From Cyanidioschyzon merolae (lineage: Eukaryota), in NCBI GenBank assembly GCA_000091205.1, contig AP006492.2: a stretch of DNA of 64,000 nucleotides; one strand, given 5' to 3'. The position numbers were made by a program, and so were the translations under genes. Position 1 is the stretch's first letter, and every line of letters starts with the position of its first letter. The notes under the pieces were generated by a model that was not told the origin of the DNA, searched no databases, and saw nothing but the letters and a program-made list of their open reading frames with translations. Below, one piece after another: positions 40,517 to 52,335 of this stretch.

Positions 40517-43500
40517 GCTTTCTTGAGTGCTTGCTGGCAAGCGCATCGAGTGCGTCGACAGCGGCGGTGCTCTGGTTCCAGAATCCACGTGCCGGTGCCT
40601 GGACGAGTGCAGGTCTGAACGGCACTTCTGCGCATCGAGCGCTTCGTTTGCGGGTCTGGAATGCGTCGAAGAGGAAGTTTTTATGATAACGGAGCGTTTA
40701 CTGGGGACAGCGCTCCGCTGCATAGAGTTTTTTGAGGACGCATTCGAGACGATCTTGTTGCTCGAATGGTGCTCCTGCGCGGAACTGCATGTGCGTTTCC
40801 TTGCGTGTCGTCGGGGTCGAATCTCGGGTGAGCACTATGGTGCCCCCTCCCGAGTCGTCGTCTGGAAGCTACGGCTGCCAAGCGCTCGGTTCTTTGAATC
40901 TTTGTCTGCTGTATTCGCGTGCTGCAACGAACGAGCAGCGAGAAGCTTGATTTTTCGTTCGAAGAGCGGTCTGCACTCGCCATGGTGCCCATGTATGCAA
41001 TCTCGCGCGAGGCTGCTGCACATGGCGCGCAGAGCGCTTCGTTGGCGTGGATACCGACTTGAGTTGTTGCACGCGACGAATGAGTCCGGCGCATGGGGGC
41101 ACCCAGCATGCAACTGGCGTCAGGCGGGCATCCCGCTGTGCCCCGATGTTCGTGCTAGGTACCAGAGCATTGGAGCGAAGGCTTTTCTCTGGTCAGCATG
41201 GTCTATGCGACGGAACGTCGACGGCTGTGTTCTGTACCTCATACGGTGGCGGAAGGTGTGCGCCCATACTCGGGGTTTTCTACATACGGGAGTATCGTTG
41301 GCTTCAACGGCACGATGACATATGCTTCGGGATATGGTCCTGGAAGAAGCTGGAAACGGGACTATATGCCCACAACAACTGCTATGAGTGCAAGTCAAGA
41401 TCTCAGGGCGTGCCCCCATTGGAGCAGCATCACTTGCCAGCTACGATTTGATCACGCCTGCGGGATGCAGCGAATGGCTGAAGCGCAGTTTCTCATGCTA
41501 GAGCATTCGCTTGTAAACAGATGTGTCGAATGCCTGCTTTTACGGGCTTCTGTCATGGAGAAAAGGTTCTCAAATCGTCATTCGGACGATGACGCAGCGT
41601 CAAGAAGCCCGCCCGTTAGCAGTTGCGCGCAGAGCCGAAGCGCATCCTAGACTCTTTAGCATCAAATTCTGGAAGACCAGCATTGTTCACCAGCACGCTC
41701 GGAAAGTTGTTCCCGATGTATAGATACGGTGCTCCATTCTTGATGGATTGCTGAACCGACCCAAACCAATGCCTTGCTCCGGACGGAAATCCGCTGGTCT
41801 CTCTCCTCGCCACTGAAATCTTTTTTTCAAGGAAAGTCTTCAGCGTTTCTGCACAATGCGCTGACCAGGGACGAAACGATCGCCTCGAGCATTCTCACAA
41901 TACAAAGCCGCTGGACGCTCAGGAAGCATGAAACATTTCGGGATGTTGTTCGAGGCGGTCAAGTCTCTGTGCAGTACGTGCTTGTACGCATAATCGAGGA
42001 TGCAATCACAGCATAGCGAGCCACTCGATTTCAATTGCCCTCGCCGGCTGACGTTTGTTCCGCTTACCGCACACCATCTCGTGTATTCGTCAAGGTTTTA
42101 CGCTCCTGTTCTCGGCCAGTGTCAGCGTGCACCCCTGCTCTTTACCCGTGCATGTCAACATGAACGCATCAATAGGAAGCATCGGGATTGAATCGTGCTT
42201 TCGTTGGATACTCTCGTCAATGGAGCGGGAATGCAATTATTTGGAAGCTGCAGCACGACCAGCGCCGCAGAATACCGCCAAGGGTGCCAAGCATTGGTCA
42301 TTTTCATCTCATAGCGATTGAACAAGTACGCGAAAGCACGCTTCTTTCATCCGCACAACCGAATGCGCTTTTATGCACTCGCACCAAAGATGTTCCGCAT
42401 GAGCCATTCGGACATGCGTGGCCTCTCTTAAGCTTACGTTCAAGACATTCGCGTGTTTCAGACACGTTGCTCAAAGCGTCGACATTTGGCCATAAATCCG
42501 CCATTCCACGTGCTCGTATGCGTGCTGGCATCCATCGTGCCTGACTCTCGATGGTGCCGTACCCTGGAAAGTCATGTCTTATTGCATCTTCTGTCCAGAT
42601 CATCAGTTTTCGCACGTAGGTTTCTGTCGATAAATCCCCGAGGAATGTGAGAAGCTGGCATCCCTGCGTCCAGAACACCTATAAATCGTTGCCTGGTTAG
42701 CTCTGCCCAGGCGAGCGAAGCTTGGCGTGCCTTTCTCGTGGAAGACGCTGCGTCAACTTTCATGATGTCCTGCACGCTGCTTTTTGGTAGATTTTGCCCG
42801 TCGCTTTGTCTAGGTAGCGATGCCCTGAAACCCGATGCAGACTGGTCATAGCGCTCTGGCAGGTTGTCATTCCTGGCCTTACACTTCATTGTTCAGCTGC
42901 ATCTTCTTCTGTTTGGATTGCTTGCTTTTACTCCTTCTCCTCTACTTGATGTGCTTCCATAGTTGTGATTGTTATACTTCGCACCCGTTTCCTCTCGGAA
43001 CTTAGACGTACAGGGTAGACGGTTGCACTGGAACCCGTCTTTTTCATCTATGAGCGGATCTAGCGTTCCTCAGGTTCCATGTCGTTAACTCCGCCATGGC
43101 GAGCACGCCCACGGACTCTCGCGCACCTGTACGCTCGCTCTGGTGCACGAGCACACAACCAATGGTTCAGCCCAGAGCGGACAACGGTAGATAACGACGT
43201 GTCGAAGCGCCTATTTGGCCCAGATGCGAACGGCCCGTGTACTGATCCGCCCGCGTAAAACTGGCGTTTGAGAACAGAGAAGACGTCTTTGACTCCACCG
43301 AACCAGGACAGCTGGACTGGAACAAAGAGCAGTTCGACGTACCGATAAGCTGCAAAGTCCCGGGCTGCTTTTGAGCAGCGCAAGGCGGCGGCGTCGAAGA
43401 GCAGGGCACAAGTACATGGTAAGGAGAATTCATGGGATGCCTCGACGAAGAATGAAGTGATGAATGATGACGTCCGTTTTGCGATTCGTAGGCGGTCACA

Positions 43501-44245
43501 CAATCGCATTCCCTCCAGGGATGATGTTGTTATCAAGAGGCTCGCTTGTGTCTTTTCTACGAACGGCGGTCTGCCGCTCTCTGAGTACTAACGTACGAAT
43601 CTGCCATTCCTCCCGAATGCCGTTTCATCGAGTGAGACGAATGCCCGTGCTTCCTTTCATTTGCATTCGCGTTTCACGACAAAGTCAATGGTGCGTTGTT
43701 CAGCGCGCGATGCTATTCGATAGAATCGCGCATTTTTCTTTATCCATCCGTTTCTCTTGATTGCCGATTATATATGAAAGTCACAGAAGCTTCGTCCCCA
43801 ATAGGTTCTTCAGTATGGTTTCTTATAAACCGCATTTAGTGGAATGGATGAACCTTTAGACAGAGTTTGACAAGTTCTTTCTAAGGCGGACGATGTTCAG
43901 GATAAGAACTACGCACAGAGTGGTGTATCCACTTGCCCACAGTGGCATAACGAACTTGCAAAAGTAAATCCGTTTCCTCCAAGCCAGCGCCGACTGCGCA
44001 GTATCCTTCCGCATCATTTCCGCGTCTACTAGATACATGCTATCTTTGGAACCGTTCAATGAAAACAAACAAACAAACAAAGCGAAGAAGGATGCACAGA
44101 TACAGACGTCCCAGAATGCACTGACCTGGGTTTGATCTCCTTGCGCGCACCCTGGTCACGACGCCTGGCGGTATGCCGCTGGTGCTTCAGCTGCTTTCTG
44201 GTGTCGCAGCGGACCGACGGATGCGTCGGTGACACCACCCGAACG

Positions 44246-45088
44246 ATGAACGTATGGTTGCTTGGCAGAGGAGAGCTTCGACGCCGTCACGATGACGTGC
44301 TCCAGCTGGAAAGAGCTTTCCTGACGGACCGCACTGGCCTGCACTTTGTGAACGCGCGAAGCTCCGAGGACCTTCTTGCTCTTGCGGAATCCAGACGTGC
44401 GGAACAGCAGTGGCCAGTGCTTGACGCTGAATGGATATCACCGGTGGGCACCGATACCTGTGACGACCTGGTCTGGCAGAACCTTGAAAGCACGCTGGAT
44501 GGCCGACCGGATACGTTCTATTCGACGGCAGGCTTTGAGGCCGGCAACACGCTCAGTGGCACTGGTGAGCTTGCCCCAGGCGAGGCGTTCCTAGCGTATC
44601 GCTTTTGGCGCCCAGTTCGAGTGTACGCGGTTCAGCTGCGTGCATTCCAAGCGGACTTTCACCCTGGTCGGCCGGTCTATCCGTTTCAGGTGGCACGAGT
44701 GGGTGTAGGCTGTAGTCTACAGGCCGGTATGTCGCTGAGCTACGGTGCAGACGCGTCGGCGCCGGGCACCTCTTGCAACTATCGGTGTTTCTGCACCACT
44801 GAACAACAGACCTTGGTTTTCGACGACCCGATGGTGGGTGTCTACCTTGTCATTTGCCTGAAAGGTTTTCCACAACAACAGCTAACTGATCGTCTGCACT
44901 ACGCTGCTGTGTCGGGGATTCGAGTTTTCGGAGAACCTATCTCATCTCCAGCGCTGGAGAACGAGCTTTCGTGCCTTATATCCAGAGGATTCATACTAGA
45001 TGGTCGAGATGCAGCTAGGTGGCTGGATCTACGCAGCGCGCAAGAGCACGCGGCACCGATGCATATTCCAGAAGACGAAGTCATTTGA
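44246..45088 (+). CDS. Hypothetical protein. The track ORF starts at a TTG at 44132, and the first in-frame ATG is at 44246.
   Basis: ORF only. No recognisable domain. Confidence 0.3.
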   Translation: MNVWLLGRGELRRRHDDVLQLERAFLTDRTGLHFVNARSSEDLLALAESRRAEQQWPVLDAEWISPVGTDTCDDLVWQNLESTLDGRPDTFYSTAGFEAGNTLSGTGELAPGEAFLAYRFWRPVRVYAVQLRAFQADFHPGRPVYPFQVARVGVGCSLQAGMSLSYGADASAPGTSCNYRCFCTTEQQTLVFDDPMVGVYLVICLKGFPQQQLTDRLHYAAVSGIRVFGEPISSPALENELSCLISRGFILDGRDAARWLDLRSAQEHAAPMHIPEDEVI

Positions 45089-45984
45089 GCGAGATGCCGC
45101 TCACGTGCAGTACATTATTGTTCTGGGTGGCTGGCTCTGAGCATCTGTACGGTAGGCTTGCGGGATATTGTCGAAAGAAAGAGGGCGATCACTGTTTCGA
45201 TGCGTACGGTTTCGGCGCTGCGGCTTCGTTTGGGATCCACGCCAACGCACCCGCAGCCGATGCCCAGGTGACTCTTGCGAATGAGCGACCCGCGAGTTTC
45301 CGCAGAGTGATGATGCGTTCTGCGAACTGCGAACGATGTTGTGCAAGCGAGCCACTCTGGAGGTTTTATCTTGTATTGGTTGTTGTCGCGGTCTGGAGCA
45401 TGTGGCCAGTACCAGATCGTCACGCCTTGTCTGCATCGAGATGCGCATTCCAGGCATACGACGCGGTATGAAACCGCGCGGAGCCGTTGCAATGCATCGC
45501 AGATGGGATGTTTTGTATATTCTGGTAACGACGCTGAGGGATGCTGCTGTTGCTGCTGCGTTTGCATGTGAGGGCTACTAACGCCGTCGCCTCCGTGCCC
45601 TGGCAGGAGTCCCGGCAGCGCACCTTCATGTATTTGTGCCCAGATACTTAGGCAAGATGACCAGAGCAGATTGGATCAAAAGCTCACTCGGATAAAATGC
45701 CAAGTGCATTGCTCATGGGACAGCCCGCACTTGGCGTATGCCGGCGCATACGCTTCGCGCTCGTGCAGCACCGAGGTTGGCACATGCTCTCTTTCGAATA
45801 ATCCTTGCGATCGGTCGCGCTGTTGACGTTGCGAAGTTCTCTATGAACAGCATCCTTGGGGTTCACTCGAGCGTTCAAACAGCTTCCTTGGCCCGAAATG
45901 CTCGCCATCTGGACTCAAGCACCAGGATAAAGATGAAAGTTCCATTGCTCCGAAGTGCTCAGCGGCTCGAAACCAGAATCTGTA

Positions 45985-46614
45985 TCATCTAGCGGTTCCT
46001 CGGTACCGTTCCCGAAACATGCTTTTTACGCGCCATACACGCCAACCAAGGGTGCTGAACAGCACCATCATTTCGACCAAGGTCATGACTCGGAGCCGAC
46101 GCATGCTCTGTCGCAGTTTGCCCTTCGTTCGTAGGTCTTCGTGTAACGCGTGTTGCGCACGATACTTCAGGTCCTCCAGGGTTTGCGCCAGCGTTAAAAC
46201 AGAGCGCTCAAACCGTTTCAGCTGACCTTTTTTCAACAACGCCTCTAGCTCTGGGAAGTGCGGGGCGCTGATTCCGAACCGTACGCTCGCTGCGGGTGGC
46301 TCCGCAACCCAGCAGAAACAGTAGTCCCCATCGTCAGGCGCCTGGAAAACAAGCTCTGCAGCAGGCCCTTTGGCAGTTTCTAACCGTTTCCGTCCGTCAA
46401 GGGTACTGACCCATGCACGTACTCGCGTTCGTTCCCACTGAAGCGGATAGAACGCCGCCCTTACCCTTTGACCAGTATAGAGACTCTCAAGGACACACGT
46501 CTCGGTTGTGGAGCTGGAGCTCTTCGGATCGAATATAAGCGCGAGCCCCTCGAAAGCCAATAGAAATAGGATAAACAAACAACTTGATGCAATCTTCTTC
46601 GACCTCGCCGTCAT
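45985..46614 (-). CDS. p24/TMED-family (emp24/GOLD domain) cargo receptor
   Basis: Signal-peptide-like MTARSKKIASSCLFILFLLAFEGLA. GOLD-like region with two Cys (ETCVLES...DYCFCW). Coiled-coil, then a C-terminal TM segment and a short basic tail. The track start at 46722 is TTG and lies inside the Fanzor C right end. The first ATG is at 46614. Confidence 0.5.
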   Translation of the reverse strand: MTARSKKIASSCLFILFLLAFEGLALIFDPKSSSSTTETCVLESLYTGQRVRAAFYPLQWERTRVRAWVSTLDGRKRLETAKGPAAELVFQAPDDGDYCFCWVAEPPAASVRFGISAPHFPELEALLKKGQLKRFERSVLTLAQTLEDLKYRAQHALHEDLRTKGKLRQSMRRLRVMTLVEMMVLFSTLGWRVWRVKSMFRERYRGTAR

Positions 46615-46708
46615 ATTGTAGCTGCGGAGGCGCGCTTTTCTGTTTCGATCCGTGTTGGTAACGCGTGTGCGTATGCGTGTGTGTTTGCACGTGCACGCCC
46701 GACACCGC

Positions 46709-49245
46709 CAAACGTCTTTCAAAAGAAAAACGGTGTCACCGGCGGTGTAGAGGCGGCGAAACCCGCCTTAGACTAGACGTCATTAACTAACTTGCAGACG
46801 CCTCCCCGTCTTTTTCGACCGGCCACCCACTACTGCTTCCCATTTCTTCTCATATAGTTCCACTTTCAGTGACTGTCCAACAAAGAGCTCTCTTGTCTGC
46901 TCTGGAGGTCTTGTCTCCAGCACCGCTCATTTCCTTATATTGATGGCAGCATTAAAGTCGCGGTTCACAAACTCCATACGTTTCTTGCCATCACTGGTTG
47001 CACTTACTAATGCAAAGAGTCCACGAACTTTCGCCCTCCTTTCCATTAGCTCCTCCGTCAGCGGTCCGTACTTTGCTATGTCCTTAGGGCTCCGCTGGCA
47101 CATTTTCATCTCGACCCTCTGAAGTTTACAACCCAGCTCATGGTGTGTATAAGATGTTCGGAACTCGTCTGCAGGTATTGTAACAAAACGCCGTGCACAC
47201 TCCTTGTACGTTCTCGTCGTTGGAGCTGGCGGAGTCCCTTTTTGGGTCATCCAGTGCACCGCTCTGTGCGCTACGACGAGCCTTTGAGTCTTGTCCTCTT
47301 TCGAGGCGCTCAACTCATGGAAAAAGTTCGCGAATGCACGCTGCTTTCCACAATACAGATTCATACACAGACGAGCTCACATGGGCTTTGTATACTCCTC
47401 CCACAGCGCCTCCCAATGAGCAACACGAACTTCCATGAATTTCCGAAAAGCTGTAAAGTCCGCTCCTCGGCTCGTCACCTCGCTCATAGCTTCCAGGTGC
47501 TCTTTCATTCCTGAATTCCACGTCTCAGTTTTCTTCCTCGCATTCATGGTTCCCGATTCCCGGTAATATCTCGCATTCGAGAGCTTGAACACACGCATGT
47601 CTTTCTGACGTAATTTGCCGTCAGTACCGTCTTCCGCACGCTTGGGTGCAGCAAGGGCTAGGATGTTCGTGCTCCCAGGGTCAAGGCCAACGACCAAGTC
47701 GTTCTCCTGCACCTCCTGCGTCGCAGGAACTGTCTCCTTGTTTTCTCCATGCTTCGTCACGGGCGAAGCCGAAGGCATGATAGGATGATCCGCATTCAAG
47801 CGCCGACACTGTAAGCATATGGATACCCCATCGATATGGATGATCCCTGTGAATGCTTTTTTCGTGCTCGTATTGAGACGTTTGAAATAGAAGATAGTCT
47901 TCCAATGAGTCTCCCGGTTATCGCCGGTGAACTCTATCTGCCTTACATCGAATTCCAGACTGATCTCCATCATGATGCCGTAAAGGACTCTGGAGTCGAT
48001 CGTCACGAAGCATGACTTGACGTTGCACAACTGAAAGACGTTGAAGCACTTGCCCTGAAGCGCAGTCTTCCGTTTCACCGACTCTTCACGTTTTCCCCGC
48101 TCAGCTCCATCTACGCCTTGCGTTCGAATTCTCGGTTCAGGAGCACGATATAGCGCAGGATGAGGGGATAACATCTTTTTTCATATCTGATACCCTCTCT
48201 GCTCGATCGACCTGCCCCAAGACTGCACGATGCTCTTTAATAGCCGGACGGATTACAGAAGCTTCGTTTCTGCTTCGGCGTGACGTCTTCTCGTCGAAAA
48301 ATTCGATCTGCTGTTCGTGCTGGCGATAAGTCCTGATTTCATTGATGCTAGCCCACATCCCCTGGCGAGAGAGGTCGGGGTTCAGCGCAAACATAGTGCG
48401 TATCATGAAACGTTCGAAGTTCACGATCATATGGTTCTTCAGGTCCGTGAGGTACTTAATTGCCCCGCAGGTGTATATATTCGAGTCACGCTCGTGTCGA
48501 GTGCCGTCGAAGCGGAATTTGGAGCGATTTGCATGGAGGGCATGCGGTCGCTCAGTTTCCGTCGACGTTTCCTCTGTGCCAAGCCTCAGGTGACGAATAA
48601 AGGCCTGGTCGAAAAATTCTTCCGGAACCTGGACTGTTTTCATGTGCGTCACGTCCCGAAACATCTCCTTCACCAAATGCACTAGCCATGACGAAGCCTT
48701 TATAAAACTCATAGAGTACGACTCGACGCAGTTTCTAATGGCGTCTCGTAACTTTTCCTCGTACGGATCCTTGATATGTCGACGAAGACAGGCTTTCGCC
48801 ACCATCTCGTCGTACTGTCATCTTGCTCGCAGCCTTTGTCGTAGGGCCCCCTGCCTCAGCTTTTTCGTCTTTTCCAGTTCCTTTTTGCTCTGGCTGCCGG
48901 CGACTACAGCCCTCAAAGATCCTCCACTTTCATTTCCATAACTCTTCTTTTTTTATGTTTTTGAGCAAAAACACACTTTGAACGCTTCTGCTATAAACCG
49001 CGAATAGTCACTTGAATCCACTCCCATGAGGGTCAAAGCACAATTGAACTGAAAAACTCTACCTTGCTACGACTTGAAAGCAAATACAACTTGCACGTTA
49101 GAACTACAGATCAACGAATAGTCAGGATTGCGTTCCCTTTCAACGGCGATACGCGCGTCGTGTCTCATGGATGCCAGAGCTCTCGGGTGCGCGTATCGGC
49201 CACGCTATGTAGAACAAAGAACAGAGACTCACTACTAACTCGCAA
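46709..49245 (-). mobile_element. Fanzor/TnpB-like OMEGA element, copy C. It is inverted relative to B. The ORF carries one frameshift and two in-frame TGA codons.
   Basis: ORFs 48137..48805(-), 47377..48174(-) and 46927..47364(-). The last 145 codons and 74 bp of the right end are (near-)identical to copy B. The left end aligns with B and D and ends at about 49245, next to the SINE-like repeat. Confidence 0.8.
46927..48805 (-). pseudogene. Fanzor ORF in copy C, with a frameshift near 48140-48175, an in-frame TGA at 47377 and an in-frame TGA at about 46842
   Basis: The same protein family as copy B. The N-terminal half is about 60-65% identical to B. RuvC-I is [16 protein letters not shown]. 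RuvC-III is FVNRDFNAAINI. Confidence 0.75.
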
Positions 49246-49255
49246 CGAGATAACA

Positions 49256-49865
49256 ATTTCTTTTCCCCACTATGATAAATGTTAAAAGTGGGCAACGGTT
49301 TCCGCACTGTCGAACGTTTACCTTCTCGGCGGAAGGTCCCACGAGCCAGACGAGTCTGCCGGGCTAGTGCTTCGTGCACAAGCGAGCGACGAGTTCAGTG
49401 GCGAGACCTGAGCAGCTCGTCCGCAACGTAGTTTATTCTGGGACTAGGATCGGGTAGCCTGCGTCTGGGCGTCACTCTTGTTGCAGTGGCCTCCTAGTAT
49501 ATCAATTCGGATTGCCGCCTGTACTAGGTCCGTCTGCGCTGCTTGCAGGCTCCCAGAATGATTATGAATCCCAGATCCCCATCAGGTGAAGCTTTCCTCG
49601 ATCCGACGCCCTCTGTGGTTTGGCAACGCCGTTCTGCCTCCCTGCAGCATCTGCCCAGAGGTTTAGGCGCCATCGCCGATGCTCAAAGCAGGCAATCGGC
49701 ACACGATAGAACATACGAAACGACCAGTACATCCGAGAGAAAGTATAAGTAATGGAACTAGAAGACAGGGCACAGCATAATAAGTGTCTTCCCGTTTGCC
49801 TGTGACGATCCCGCAATCTGGGATCCATGGACCATAGAGACAATGTACAACCATGAAAAATACGG
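49256..49865 (+). repeat. Short LINE-3'-region-related repeat (SINE-like family), copy 3 of 3
   Basis: Same head and tail as the copies at 8700 and 24700. It directly abuts the Fanzor C left end. Confidence 0.55.
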
Positions 49866-49910
49866 CCCAAGAGGCAGCCAGCGCATCCTTTTTGACCGTT
49901 ATGTACATAA

Positions 49911-51134
49911 ATGTGTATTAACGACCAACTGCCCGTCACGACACCGCCGTCACGAATTTTTCAAACGCCCACACCGGGTGCCAGCCCAACGTGCGCGCGC
50001 CGGCATACGTGTGCCGCGGCACTTTGCGGCTTTCGCGTGAATGTCAACAGCGTGAGCGTGCAGAGCCTCCGCATGCGGCCAACGGAGAAAACCTTCCACT
50101 TTCGGCGCAGATCAGAGTCTCCCGCTGGGGGTGCTGCGAAGCTGCCCGCACGCTCGGACTCTGAGCAACGATCTTGCGGTGTCCAGAACGAAAACAGAGC
50201 CGTTGTAGTGGCGGGCGAGGCAGCGGCGACAAGCGTTTGCGCGGAGCCCTGCGCTGGTGACAAATCGTCTGTCGGTATCCAAAAGCGGCACGGTGAACAA
50301 CAGTCAACGGGTGTGGTGCGTGGACTCGAGGCAGTAGTCTCTGCGAACGGGTTGCTCTGTGAGCGTATTCCGCGCGACATAGCCCAGGAGGTGCGGCTGC
50401 TCCGTCTGTGCGAGTGGTTCGCGCTTGCCTCTCTTGACGGTTTCCGCCAGCGCCTCGTCGCCTCCCAGGACCTTTACCAGAAAACTGCAGGTCTTGAATG
50501 CGTATCTGAGAACGAGCTGTGCTGTTGTATTGCGCTCTTTGAGGGTGCGGTATCCACGTTCTTGAAAGACATAGAGGAGCGTTTTGTCACACCAAATCGC
50601 TTACTCACCAGCGCGCCTCCAGATACTCCAGAATCTGAGGAGCGTCCACGTTTAGAGGAGCTGACCTTCGCCGATGTGAACAGGTTGTTGCAAAGACCAA
50701 TGCGACCGAACAAACACAACCAGCGAATGCGCAAATCCCTCAGCGCCCTTACTGCACTTGAAGCTCTGTATGACCGTGAAATTGCTGGCTGGGAGGACGT
50801 TCAGAATTTCCTGCACGATGAGAATCAAGAGGCTATGGAGTCGGATGAAGCATGCGCCCTTTCGCCCGTTGACTCGACGCAAACCGACCAGGCGCTGCAT
50901 GATATACGCGACCACCAAAAGCGTTTAGAGGAAAATATTCTACTCCATCTAGACCAGCTGGAGCGACATCTGCAGCGCCTGTTCCTCAGGTACCAAGCAG
51001 CTGATGAGTTCTGTCTCAGCACCGCGCGTCGTATTAACTCAGATGCATTCGCCGGCCTCGTCGACATCGGAGAGACCCGAAAACTGCTCGCGAATGCGCC
51101 ATCAGCCGTCTGGCTAGAGCAAGCGGAAGCCTGA
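49911..51134 (+). CDS. Hypothetical protein. The C-terminal two-thirds look coiled-coil and helical.
   Basis: ATG-initiated ORF of 407 aa. The true start may be internal, for example the MRPTEK at about 50073. Confidence 0.35.
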   Translation: MCINDQLPVTTPPSRIFQTPTPGASPTCARRHTCAAALCGFRVNVNSVSVQSLRMRPTEKTFHFRRRSESPAGGAAKLPARSDSEQRSCGVQNENRAVVVAGEAAATSVCAEPCAGDKSSVGIQKRHGEQQSTGVVRGLEAVVSANGLLCERIPRDIAQEVRLLRLCEWFALASLDGFRQRLVASQDLYQKTAGLECVSENELCCCIALFEGAVSTFLKDIEERFVTPNRLLTSAPPDTPESEERPRLEELTFADVNRLLQRPMRPNKHNQRMRKSLSALTALEALYDREIAGWEDVQNFLHDENQEAMESDEACALSPVDSTQTDQALHDIRDHQKRLEENILLHLDQLERHLQRLFLRYQAADEFCLSTARRINSDAFAGLVDIGETRKLLANAPSAVWLEQAEA

Positions 51135-52335
51135 GCAAGGCATTTTACACGCGCCACATGATCAACACCAGTGTCGACATACGCTCCCGGTTTCACGCTC
51201 ACGGTCTGTGGTGTGTTACCCACAAAAGTGGGCGGTGTTTCACGGGAACGATGAGCAAGCTACCGCCACTGATGAGCCTCAATCTCCACGTGCGTGTCAC
51301 CAGGTTTAGTCGATGCCACTGCGCCGCGTCTACTGATATCACTGGCATTGCCCGCCGAGCGCCAAATGCTTGAAAGTAAAATGAGCTCAAGTGAGAATAC
51401 GATGCCCTGGACCAATGAATGAGCGGGATTCGAATTGTTTTTCGTTGCGTCATAGACGGAATGGCAGAATTTAGCGAGTCGTCGAACCCGCGGCTCGCCA
51501 GCAGCGTCCGTGTTCATCATGAATGTACGCAGTCACGAGCTCGTTGCTCGCAAGCGATGTTCGCGCCACATTGGAACTGGAGACTCACGGACAATATGCT
51601 TCGGTTCGAGCCCACACTTCTATGCACGGAGCATGCCGGCAGTGTTTGTAGCTTCGATCCTACCTCTGTAAAAGGCTATCACTATGGTTTCCACCACGTT
51701 CCCGCTTTCACCTGCCAGGGAACGGAAACGACGACGACGCACCGGGGAACGCTGTCGCCTCCGAGCGTTGCCGCCACGCTCCAGACAGCATTGCAGAGAG
51801 TGCTTACCCATCTCTCTCCTAGACAACGGTGTTGACTGATGAACCAGCCCCGAAACTCGTTTTTGTCCTGGATCCTGTGGACTCGGCTGCCGAATTGTGC
51901 TCGGATAGGTTAAACATCAAGTATCAGTGACGTCTGAAGCTCGACCTTGGCTCGAGCGTTTACCTTCTTTTGCACGGTACGTGCGGCACGTTGCTTCTCC
52001 CAAAGTGCATTCGTGCACGTGTCCTGCACAGCGTACTGGAGTCCGTTATTAGAAGAACGCTCTCAGGGAAACTCCTGCTCCATAGTCGCTTACAACCACC
52101 GGCTTACGCGAAGAAGACGCCATGAAGGCAACGTATTTCTGACAGCTATAGTCGTTCACGTACGTGGTACAGTCCAATATAGTCAAATAAAGTTCAATAC
52201 AGTATCGTACAGCCAAATTTAGTACAATAAAGAAAAAACATTCTAAACCCGTCTAATGCAGTACAGTCCAATGCCCTTTGGCGACGCGCGACTACAATCC
52301 ATGCAACCGCCATCGTATCGTATCGTATCTCAGTC

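Noticed and set aside
40527-41318. 263-aa Cys/Trp/Arg-rich ORF
   Set aside because: The composition is typical of an out-of-frame translation of GC-rich DNA. The overlapping minus-strand ORFs look the same. No domain is recognisable.
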